This document shows positions 52,707 to 64,000 of a stretch of DNA of 64,000 nt, in pieces (position 1 is the first letter of the stretch; each line of letters opens with the position of its first letter). The position numbers and the translations under genes are program-made. This DNA is from Lama guanicoe (taxonomy: Eukaryota), in NCBI GenBank assembly GCA_013239625.1, contig MU056050.1:1660084-1724083 (forward strand), read 5' to 3'. The notes under the pieces were generated by a model. The model ran no database searches. It had not been told where the DNA came from and was given only the letters and a program-made list of their open reading frames with translations.

Positions 52707-52890
52707 ATAATAGATAAGCAAGTTTGTACTACATACATAGTACAGGGAAATATATTCAAGATCTTGTAGTAGCTAACGGTGAAAAAGAATATGAGAATGA
52801 ATATGTGTACATTCATGTATGACTGAAAAATTGTGCTGTACACCAGAAATTGACACAATATTGTAAACTGACTATACCTCAATAAAAAAA
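52707..52890 (+). mobile_element. Short young L1 3' end
   Basis: Perfect 15-bp TSD aaaaaggcatggctt (52692-52706, 52887-52901) at a TT/AAAA endonuclease site. Confidence 0.95.
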
Positions 52891-54378
52891 AGGCATGGCT
52901 TTTACTTACACAAGTGAATTGCATATTTCCACTTCCTGAGGAACATCCACCCTTAATATTTTCACAGAATAATGGGTCTGTATCTGAATAAAGTGTATAG
53001 AAATGGTTACTCTACACAAAAGAACTGTAAACAGGATCCTAATTGACACTAAATTTGCTAATAGTTGTCTGCTGTTTCTGGACACCACTCAAGTTCATCT
53101 TTTAGCACAGACAGCTTTCCAATGAAAACCCCTAGTTTAACACCTGTCAAACAGGTCTTTCTGGCTGAATCAGCAGCCAACTCTTTCAAGAATATAGCTG
53201 ATCTCTTCTCTAAGTTGCCACACTTCCTCCATTGCCTTTCCACATCCATGCCCCAACTTTTTGCTTTCCTTTTCCCATGCCAGAGCCAAACCCATCTTTT
53301 TGACAACTTTGTCATTCCTACTCTGAATCATAAAGATGAGAAAGGTTCCCATTGAGAGATTGTGGCCAAGACTTTTTGTCTTGCCTGCAAGGAAGCTTCC
53401 AGAGGCAGCAGGGTTGCCCCTGGAGTTAAAGAAGTCCAATGTGCATTGTTAGTACAGAAATACCTAAGTGTGACCTCTGTTTTCCTTGACCTCACATTAA
53501 CATTTCCATATCCAACCAAATGGAATTTAGTGCAATTTGTCAGTGTGCTAAGATGATGGAAACTCATATTATGAAATGGCAGCTTGAAAAACATTAAAGA
53601 AACATGAGCAAACCATTTATATCCCTTCCATAAAGAGATTTTCCACAAAGTTAAAGAGAATTAAGTTTGCTTATTTATATTTATATGTTTTTCCTTTTAA
53701 TTTACATTTTAAGCCATTTAAGTGTTTTCTTTCCCCTCTATGACCCATTATTTAATGCTCTTTCTCACTGGGTGACAGTGCCAGTGAGGTTGCTACTGCT
53801 GTGACAATGTATCCTGGTTTAGGGAAGTGAAATAGCTCTTCTACCCAGCCATGTCTAGGCCGACTTCAAGCTCATTGATACAATTCAATAGATTATGTGA
53901 TATGAACCTAACAGATCACCATCCTCAAACTTCTCATCAGCCTTTGAAATCCATTTCAAAAGAGTCTTTAATGATACTATCTTTTCAACTTTTCTATAAA
54001 CTTAAAAATATTTCAAAATAAAGATTAAAAAAGGAAAAATGAACTGGATATTTTTATTGCATTCTAGATATTAGTCTAAATTGTATGGGGAAGAAGTTTT
54101 ATTCGTTATGGTCCAGGCTGATGAGCAGAAACAGGGTGGGAGTAGTTACTTACTACAATAAGTAACTGTAGCACATGGTGCAAAGGTAGTGGCTAAGTGG
54201 GGAAGAAAGGTAACAAGTGTCCATATAAATGATCATCAGGTATCAAGGGAAGCAAGAATTCTCTGTTTTGGACTCATGGAGTCGGTTTGCCAGGTATGAG
54301 ACAAAAGAAAATAGACACAGGCAGATTCCATGACTTTTAATAAGCAATCTGTATGTTACTAGCATCAGCTTATGGCTT

Positions 54379-55138
54379 TATATTAGTTTTTATCACTGCT
54401 GTAACAAACTACTACAAATGTGGCTTAAAACCACCACCATTTATTATCTGATAGCTCTCTAGGACAAGTAGCCAGGTGGACTTGGCTGGATATTTGACTT
54501 AGAGTGTCACAAGATCAAAACCAGGAGGCTGGCCAATGGCTTTTCTGGAGGCTCCAGAGGAGACTCTGCTTCCAGGATCATTCAGGTTGTTTGCAGAATT
54601 CAGTTCCATGCAGCTCTAGGACTGAGTTCCCATTTCCTTACTGGTTCTCAGCTGGAGATTGTTTTCAATTTCTAGAGTCCACCCATATTCCCCGGTCCAT
54701 GGCTTCATTCATCTTCAAAGCCAACATGTAGGAAACTTATGACTCAAATATTTCTGACTTTCTCTTCTGCCTTACTCTTCTAATTCAGGATAATCTCCCT
54801 ATTTTAGTTTTTTTTTTTAATGAAGTACCATCAGCTACAATGTGTCAATTTCTGGCGTACAGCACAATGTCCCAGTCATGAATATACACACATATATTCG
54901 TTTTCATGTTCTTTTTCATTAAAGGTTATTACAAGATATTGAACATAGTTCCCTGTGCTAGACAGCAGAAGCTTTTAAAAAAAACCTATCCCTATTTTAA
55001 AATCAACTGATTGGTAACTTAACCATGGCAAAGTCCATTTTGCCATGGAAGGTAGCATGTAAGGTATACACAAAGTTATATACACAGTCTTGGGGATTAT
55101 TTAGTGGAAACTTCTTCGAGGCCACAATTCTACCTACA
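54379..55138 (-). mobile_element. MLT1D/E-like MaLR LTR, split by a short L1
   Basis: tattagtttt...ctgctgtaacaaactactacaaa...gcagaattcagttcc...ggataatctccctatttta / aaatcaactgatt...ttctacctac. Confidence 0.8.
54807..54988 (-). mobile_element. Short young L1 3' end
   Basis: Poly-T then antisense L1 3' UTR; perfect TSD tccctatttta (54796-54806, 54989-54999). Confidence 0.95.
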
Positions 55139-58039
55139 AGAGGCTTCCAGCTTAGGTGCATCCTAAAGTCATATACTGGGCAGCCTCTGTCAGCATCAAC
55201 CCTTCGCTCTCACTAATGCCTCACACACGATGCTCTTAATGCATCAGAAGTAAATGCAAGGAACAGAACTCTGCTGAGCTCTATTTCCCATAATGCCACT
55301 GCATTCAGGAGGCAAACATTGAATGTCAGTTAAGCATTAAATTATCTTAAAGTATCCAAATAATGAAAGATTCTAAGAATGTATTTAACTGTAAATGACT
55401 GTATTAATAGCTCCTTATTTCAAACAACTCTTGAAACAATGCTTATATGGCTGTGGAAAAGAACACTTTCAAATAAAGCTTCTGTAGTGCTCCCAAAACT
55501 GGGCATATTAGTAAGAGACAGAACTGTCTTTGAGATAAAACTGTGTCAACAAAGATGTTGGCGGGAGAAACACATTGTTTAGCATTTCCCATAAACCTAA
55601 ACACAAGTAACTACCTTCTTTACAAGAAAATTCTAAGCTCAGGAGCCCACCCTGGAAGAGGACTAGTGACGACACTAAAAGGCTCTCCGTAAATCCATTT
55701 GTCAAAAAAGAAACAACCAAAAAAGCTCTAATCTATCCCTCTTAAATACATCTGTAATTGATTTTTTTCCTCTAGTTTTTAATAAACAGACTACAGAACC
55801 TGACTACAAGGCCAGCCTACTGACAGAATGGAAAAGTATTATAAATCATACACGAAACACAAGAAATCACAGCACTGTCCCCTCCAGGGATGTTCCAAAG
55901 TCTAATCCCAAAGATATCTGATGCACGTAGCTCAGCCAGACAATTTCGGCATTTTGAAATGTAAATTGATTCTGTGAATCTTTTAAATTTACTTTAACTG
56001 ATTATTATTAATATTGCAATAAAGGGCTTAAGAATATGAAAAATTAAAATTCCTTTAACTCTCCTATAGTGCAGCAATTTGTTCATTTGCAAGGCTTTTC
56101 CTATCAACAAATGCAATTGGCCTGTCCATGTGTATTTGGAAGAACCCTTCACTTAATGACTACTAAGTAATGGGGTTTGTTAGGGAAAAGGGGCTTCATT
56201 ACCATTGTAAATTATTCACTTGCAGGAAGACATCGTCCACTCCATTTCCACAGTTGTTTTGTCTTAAATACCTACACATTAATACTCTACCTCAGCAGAC
56301 ATGTTTACCTAACTCATGGAAAGAACAGTTGTCTTAGAGGATTAAGGACTATTTTCTTGGCTTTCATGGGAATATTATTTTTTCCCTTTGTGTGTGTGAT
56401 TTTCATTTGCACTTCAATTTCCCCTATGTTGCTTTCTTTAACCCTAAATTCAGAAACGACTGCTTGATGTGCTGTATGCCATGTTACTCATAGATAACAT
56501 TTCTTCTCCCCCTAACACTTTCTGAACCTTCACATTTAAAGACAATGAATTTGCTATGCTTGTACTCTATAAATAGAGATGGTAAATCTTAATTATACTT
56601 TCAAATTGCTGTGTCTGTTTCCAGCTGTGCATATGAATGTTTCTGATCAGGATGTATGTTCCAGTATGTTTATTTTTAACCCCAAATTATATCCTTCACA
56701 AGCCAAGACCAAATGTGAAAAATGATCAACTTTTATTTGCAGACACGTGTCAATGGCTTGTTAATAGTTCCATTCTTGGACCTTTCTTGATATAGCTCTG
56801 AGAGTTTCCCCATGCCTGTAGACTGGGGGAAGACATAGCCGGAAAGGTTTCTCACTGAAAGGTGGGTGCGCCTCCTGTACTTCCCAAAGCTGACCAAGGG
56901 AGGCGCCTCAACCTTGGTAGATGAGGGGCATCTCCATGTACTTCCCTGGATCTCCTCTGGAGAATCATAATAAATTTTGAGGAAGCTGCACTATTTAAGG
57001 AGATTTACATTTGAAAATTGAGCCAGATGCACTCCCTTAGGCTATTCGTAAGATTATCAGTAGATGGGATACAACATGGATTTAAAACATCTTCTAATGT
57101 GGCTTCAAACTAAAGTTAAAAAAAAAAAAAAGAAAGAAAAACCTACAAAAGCATTCACTGGAAGAGCATCTTTAAAACACACCCACAGTATTAGCCTATT
57201 TATTTCCTATTTTTCTTCTAACTAGTCACCCACATAGGCTAAGACCTACTTTTCTCTCCATCCTTTATGTTACTGTGACTAAAGAAAATGTGTTTTGGAT
57301 AATTTGATAATCCAAGGCTTTCAGAATTCTTCTTGGGAAGACTTACAGAATATAATTATTGGAAAATGTCTGGTTTTATGAGTGATTCCACAGAGAGCAT
57401 AGAGAACAAAAAGAAAAAAAAAAGTAGTGGGTTTCAGACTAAAAGACCAGTAAGCAAAGATGGTGGAAATATTTATTATTATAAAGGTTAAGACCTTAAG
57501 AGATTATCTATTGCCAGTATTATCTACACATAAGGTAAGTCCGCTGGGCCTAATCTGTGGACACATTGGGTAATTTATAACAACTGTTAAATAGCCTTTT
57601 TGCTAAAGCAATACCAACTCAAGAGTTTTTAGCTGCAAATGTATATTGATGCTTTTTGATAAGGAGAAGAAAATGTTGGTTGGTTAGTAGATAGTGTGTG
57701 AGTAGAGGTTTCTAAACACTGAAGAGTTAAAAGCAATCCCAGCAGCAAAAGTTAAATTTACATAGATACAATAGTTATTACTACTGTTTACACTAGTAAT
57801 TCTCTTTCCATTTGACAAATCCATGTCTTTTATAAGATCTGAATTTGACCTTATAAAAATCATAGTAATATTATAAGGATGCATGTTAAATTTCCAGCTA
57901 TTGAACTTCATTTCATTTGAAAAATGTAAGATTTTGAGTATGCAAGAATGATATTTACTGAAAATAATGCCTACATAGCAGTCCAAAAATATTTCAGTGT
58001 CTAGGGGATGAGGGAGATATGGACAGTGATTTGTGTTCA

Positions 58040-58500
58040 AATCTAACTATCATTTTCTAATAGGCATTTAGGATTAAACATTTCCAAAACTGAATGCTTG
58101 ATTCCCCTCCCTCCCAAAAAAAGGCTCCTCAGTTATCCCCATGTAAGTAACATGGGACCACTAGCTCAAGCAAAGCCTAGACTTTATAATTGATTTTGTT
58201 CTCTCCTCACACATCTCTTCACCATTTAATTCACCGGCAAGTCCCACTTACTCTAGTCCAGAAGGTAATTTGAGTCTGACCATTTGTCTTGATGTCTACC
58301 ATCCAAGCCAAGCCACCATCATTTCTCACTTGGACTATTGCAACTGAATCCTAAATGTTTTGTTTCCGTGTTTGACTCCCTATATTCTAATCTCTACAGA
58401 ATAAAGTAATATTTTAAAAATTCACATAGCACTCTTCCACTCAAAATACACCAATGGCTTCCAATTATCATTCTACAGAGTAAAATGAAACTTTGTATTA
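58040..58500 (+). mobile_element. L2 fragment
   Basis: aaacatttccaaaactgaa...ccaagccaccatcatttctcacttggactattgcaac. Confidence 0.75.
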
Positions 58501-59009
58501 GTGACATGTGCCTAGAAAATTATCTGAAGTCAAAAGACTGTGGCTAAAGAGGCTTAGTAAAGTGCAGAGACAAAGTACTGCATTGAGAGTGATCTGTATT
58601 TTCACCAATGGCAGAGAAATGTTGCATTTTCTTGCAGGCCATATGTGAACCCCACAAAAAGTAACCAGCTGTGAACTACAGTGTAAAAGGATAATACTAA
58701 CGAAGGCTTACAACCAGGTGTAAAGTGACCTCAGCTAGAATGTTGTAGTATCCTGTAGAAACTATAACTGGGTCCCCTCAGTTGGAGAATATCAGAGAAA
58801 CCCACAAAGGAGACCAAAGAGAGGAAGAATTAGCATTTTTGATATGAGTCATACACAGAGGGCATTCATATCAGATGACATCAGTAGTAGTTAAATAAGT
58901 CCATTTAGGTCCCTCGTGTGTGCTTTCCTCAACAATTCCAACCTTAGACGAATGAGAGTCGGCAGAGTAATTGGAGACTGATGGGAGGAGGAAAAGGAGG
59001 GACCACCAC

Positions 59010-59350
59010 GCTCATCTCTTTCCCCTTTACTTCTCTGACTATTCATTCTCACTCCTCATCTGTTGACTGGCCTTAAATGTTGGAATTACCAAGGATTCCA
59101 TCCTAAACCTTCTGTTCTTCACATACTAGTTTCCTAGTTTCCTACTTCCACAGTTTCAACTAACACATTCGGTTTATTTTAGAGCACTTACTACTCTCTG
59201 AAATTACTTTGGTCGTTTTACATATTTACCATCTGTCCTCTCCACCGGGATAGAAACTTGATAGCAGGGACTCTGGTGAATCTCCAGCACCTAGTAAAAT
59301 GTCCAGTATATGGATAATAGAAGTTATTTGGTCAGTTACTGATTGAACAG
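59010..59350 (+). mobile_element. L2 fragments including the 3' end
   Basis: ccttaaatgttggaattaccaagg...agcagggact...tctccagcacctagta. Confidence 0.6.
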
Positions 59351-59359
59351 AACTATCAT

Positions 59360-59700
59360 AAATAATTGGGATACAGAAGTAAACAAGGCATGACCCTTGC
59401 CCTTCAGGAATTCACTAACAGAGGAGAAAGCCACATATGAGCAGGTAATTGTCATATATTTGATCTGGTTAACGCACAACATGGTTTTGGAAGAGGAGTG
59501 ACTGACTTTGCATGGGGGCAGTCATGGAAGGCTACCAAGAGGAATTTCATGTTAGCTGTCTCTTAGAGGAGGAATAAGAAATTCCTCAGGTAGAAAAGGG
59601 GAAAAATAGGAGCAAAGTCATGAAGACATAAAAACAAAAGACACAATCTCATCCTTAAAATAGTTCACAGTAGCTGGAGAGAAGGAAGCAACAACCTGAG
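59360..59700 (-). mobile_element. L2 fragment
   Basis: gggatacagaagtaaacaaggcatgacccttgcccttcaggaattcac...ggaaggctacc. Confidence 0.6.
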
Positions 59701-62700
59701 AACAAGTAAAGCCAGTGAAGCTAAACTCTGAGGCTTCAGCTATTCATTCTATAGTAGGTCATTAAATAAGCCATATCCGTGGGCTGGAAGGCTGGCTCAC
59801 TCTAGTTGCAAAATTGTATACCCATCTCTTTTCATTCTGGGCCAGATCTGTTGGACTAGTTACCTGCTTCAGTCTGCAGCTTCTAACAAACTACCTCAGA
59901 CTAGTGAGAGGCACTTCTGGACTAGAGTGGAGACAGCTGCCAGTCCATGAAAGCTGAATCTATGGAGTGGGCTTTGGCTGGCCAGCTCATTAAAGGACCT
60001 GTGGGCTCCCTGCCAGGCTGCCCTTAAAATTCAAACCACATATGTATTTCCTTCTGGGGAAAATGCCACTCGGACCCCATTGGTCAACAAAATCAGGCCC
60101 AGGGATATTGTGTGCGTGCGTCCGTGCATGTGTGTGTCTTCATGAATGTCTTGGATAAAGCTACCTGAAATTCTTCATTCTCTTTTCTACCATTAACTGT
60201 GACTACCTGGGAAGTTCTTCCTTGACAATTCCCCGTAACATCACATTCTCGTGACAGCAATCTTAGGAGGAGGAGAATGGGGGAATGTCACGGAGTTATG
60301 GAAACAACTCAGAGTCTATTTGCCAACTTAAAAGCACTCCCTCTTGACTCTCTCATTGTGGTAGATTGTTCCAGGACTTGCCTAAAACCCTTTTCATATT
60401 ACATAGAAAAATAGCCTGCAGTATTAAATCTTGGCTGTTATGCTGACTTCCTGTGCTTCTCCAAAAATTCCTTTGTTTTCTTTGTTACTCAACTTCTTCT
60501 AGAAAATGGGAATAAAAGCACTGGTCTCTGCTTTTCCCTCTCCACTACTTAATATATAGACACGTGCCGTGCTCCTTAGGATTCTATAAAATATTTCAGA
60601 AGTTTATTTTGACACTTCAGGGACAGATACATTGAATGTGTTACTACAACAGGTTCTATAAAACATTAACCCTTCTTTTAGATTATCCTTCCTTCCCAAA
60701 ATAGGCAATCATTGGATCTTTCTATTTAAATACTATACTCCTCAGATGAATAGAGCCAGATATATTACATTCTCTTGATACATTTAGTTAAGTTTTGTAC
60801 TTTAGCTGAAAAAAATGGGTCATTTCCCAGTAGACAATCATAACAAAAATAGTCCATCCTCAAAGAACAAGTACATTCAGATTCCAGACAATATTAGTTT
60901 TTAAAGGAAACCCAACTGTGGCCTTTATGGGTGTAAAGTTTCTGACTGCCTTATATTTTAATGTAGGCATAGTTATTTAAACTGCCATAGTAAGCATTGT
61001 TAATAACACACACATAATATTGTCGCCTTGGCATGGGGTTAGTATGAATATATGTATTATTCTCCAGGCTTAGAAGAAGACATTTAATAAGAAGATATGA
61101 GCTGAAAAGCACAGTAGCTTTACCCTGGTGAACGGGCAGGCTGTTTGTTTACTGGCAACATTCAGGTGTAATTGGAACCCTGTTTTTTCATTAGCAACTT
61201 AATTTCGGTCACATTCTCCCTATGAATACACAGGATATTATTCATTAATTAGGATGTAATTGTAAAGTCACCGTAGTTATCTAACAAATGTGTTAATTAG
61301 ACCCTCTCTAAATTACAGTGATTACATTTACTTCCTTTTGGTGACATGTTCTTGGGATGTAAACGGACCCTAACACCCATGTTTGACTCTCTTTGTGAAA
61401 AGTGTACTAGCACAGCAACTACTTCCCCAAAATGTCCCAATTCACAGGCGGGGGGTTGGGGCTGGGATTTAGTGGGGCTGTGAAATGAAAGAGCTCTTGG
61501 CTTAGGGCCAACAAAATACCCTGCCAGCCAATGTAACCCTAACAAATAGCGTTCTGAGCTTCCTTGTTTTCTATCCAACAAGGGGGCATAGGCACTAAAG
61601 AACCCCTTCCCTGTCTCTCAGAAGCGTGAGATAGGATGGCCAGGTGAATAAAGAACCCTGTGTTTGAGGACACCTCCCTGTGCATGCCTGCTTCATTTGC
61701 CCCATCCCACACTCTGGAAAATGTTGCAAAATGGCTGCCCATTGGAAGCCTTTCTCCAGGCCTTCCTTTCACAATTACTCCTTCCCTTTTCTGTTCTTTG
61801 TCTCATAGGGCTAATCTGATGGGCAGTACCAACTATTCCTTCATCTCCAGCATCTCCAAAACATATTTCTCTTTTCTGTGCCTCAACCCAAAGGAGTGAT
61901 GCTAATTACAGTTATTGTATGTGCTTATGGGTAAATCCAACTCATATCTCAGGAAGCTACCTGATTGTTATATGCAAAAAATAAGTACTACTGGGCTCTC
62001 TCATTCATTTTCTCTGCATCCCTGAAGAGGTTCTCTTCTTTTTTCATGTCTTTGCCTTCTTTGGTTGTAAAATGATGTTCATGAGCCCCAATCCAAAGTT
62101 GAAAAGCAATTTTCAGGGAGCAGCTTGAAGTGTTTTCAGAGACTATTTGAACCAGGAATTGCATAGGTTTCATCCAAAGGGCCAACTTTGGTCTATTGAT
62201 CCCAGCTTTCACATAGTATTAGAATTCTGAGGACTTGTCTGGGTCAATGGTAAAGAATATCATGATTGAGAAGCATTCTCTACTACTGGTGTGCAAATGG
62301 GATATGGCAGCCTGTGTGTCAAGTATTTTGTGTGTTTTTTCTTTCCATTGTATACCAGGAATCTCTCAATAAACCGGCCATCTTTCTACATGAGGCACAA
62401 GCATGAGGAGATTTGAATACTTTGTAATTGAGAGAAGGTACCAACAGATGAGACATGTTTTACTTTTGTCTTCCCCCCCAAATTGTATTTGCAGGTACTT
62501 CAGAGTTTATAACAATATACTCTAGTAGGGCAAATGTTATACCTATGCAATGTTGGAGATGGCTTGAAACAGCAGCCCAAAGCCATATTCATGGAATTGC
62601 CACCATTAAAATCACTTTTTTCCCCATGAAAGCAGTGAAGACCTAAACAACTAAATGTACTATGGTACATGCACAACAGAACACAGTAAGTTCTCATTAG

Positions 62701-64000
62701 CCACCACCATTGACATTGGTGATAGTATCAAATAAGCTTCTGTCATCTGTTGGTAGGTAAGCCTGGGCCGTGAAGAGGGCAGGGTATTTTGCTGTAGAAT
62801 AAAATGGAATAGAGAGGGTTGCAGTTTGGGGCACAGCCCAGGAAATACAGAACCCGGTGTGCGAGAGCTGGCTTGAGAATTACAGGCACCAGAGACACTA
62901 GGACTCAAAGAGGGAAAGTCTGACATTCTAATAGCCCAGGAAGCAGGCATGAGGGGCCAAATCACAATGACTAATACACTTTAAAAGAGTGACTACAATT
63001 AGGAACTTTTGAATGTTACGAAAGGAATGAAGAAAAAGTGAAAAAATAAAAAGACAAAGGTGCATCCCTTCACTAGGCAACTAGTCCTACTTTCAATACC
63101 TTCCTGCCTCCTGGCTGCCTCACCTAGAACTTTATTTCCAGTAAATTCCTTGTAGGTTGCACTCCTTCTAATTAATACATATCTGTTCTGTTTTACATTG
63201 TTTCTAAAAAAAAAAAATCCACGTATGCCAAGGTGCAAGTCATTGAGGGTAGTCTAATAATAATTGGTTTAAGCCAATGTTCCACCAAAACTGGAAAGGC
63301 TAAGGAGAAGGCAGCTAGAAACATGAAAGTCAACAAGTATTTGAAATGAGGGGCAAATCTAGTAACTAAGATAGCAAAGACTAAAAGAAAGAATTGTGAA
63401 TAAGAAACTAAAAGCTAAGTCTATAAAGAGTGAAAACCAAGCTCTTCAATAAAGGTCCCTAGGAGTCTGAAGATAACCAGACCACCCTGATAAAACTCTT
63501 CACACAGTGAAACCACAGAGAGACTAATGTGAAAAAATGAGCCATGAGTGAGTGGGTGGTGGTGACAGTGGGAGCTAGATAAATGGACAGGTGGCAAGTG
63601 GTGACCTCTTCTACCTAAGTACAGGTCTGCGTGGAAGAACCGCCTCATTCTCTAAAGGCTCTCCTCAGTGCTTCTCTTTCTGCCCTCATGACTGCTTTAC
63701 AGAGCCCAAGCCAGCCTTTTAGAAGCCTTCAGCACTGAAGAATGATGCTGCTGCTTCTTCCATGCAATTCAAAGTAAAAAATTTATACTAAATCATTAAA
63801 TAAGCACAAGTAAGGCCAACAAACTTCTGATTTTGTTATGATGACTAATTCAATGCTTTTTTAAAAATATCAAATATCAAAGTTTTCCTTAAAATTATTT
63901 TTGGTGCCATATCAATGTATTAGTTGCCTTATACTGTAATCCAGGCCTCCTCAGCTCTATTTGCTGTCACTTATCTGCCCCCTTATTTCTCCTCTCGCAC

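Noticed and set aside
53058..53648. Cluster of five overlapping ORFs on both strands
   Set aside because: No recognisable domain, mostly non-ATG starts, no convincing splice pair; compatible with chance.
55023..55048. Inverted repeat ccatggcaaa...tttgccatgg
   Set aside because: 10-bp arms inside an MLT1 LTR; too short for a miRNA hairpin and explained by the repeat.
57684..58040. 118-aa minus-strand ORF / possible exon after tttttataag
   Set aside because: AT-rich, I/N/F-biased translation with no recognisable homology.
62455..62965. ORFs and a strong + acceptor (ttgtatttgcag at ~62493)
   Set aside because: No recognisable product, and no matching donor or partner exon could be supported.
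1..64000. CRISPR array, operon, tRNA/rRNA or other prokaryote-type system
   Set aside because: The sequence is mammalian, repeat-rich and non-coding; no regularly spaced repeats, dense ORFs or RNA-gene signatures were seen.

Overview
AT-rich, CpG-depleted mammalian genomic DNA (intergenic or deep intronic). I found no recognisable host protein-coding exon, RNA gene, CpG island or CRISPR array. About half of the window is recognisable transposon remnant: ancient L2, L3/CR1, MIR and MER5; MaLR (MLT1) and ERV1 solo LTRs; old L1M pieces; and younger L1 pieces whose 3' UTR is of cetartiodactyl type. With no Alu, Bov-tA/Bov-A or PRE1 SINEs visible, this suggests a camelid genome (inference). The only ORFs with real homology are decayed L1 ORF2 fragments. 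The most interesting signals are L1 structural variants. (1) A ~357-bp mini-L1 has its 5' UTR start joined to the 3' UTR exactly after an AG that, in a longer copy in this window, follows a TACTAAC branch-point motif, suggesting a spliced, retrotransposed, possibly non-autonomous element. (2) A 4.6-kb composite of a twin-primed L1 plus a tail-less L1 lies inside one TSD. (3) A ~100-bp twin-primed L1 is present. (4) A tripartite 5' end/ORF1/3' end mini-L1 is present. Repeat family names come from my recall of consensus sequences and many boundaries are approximate; all need RepeatMasker/Dfam confirmation.
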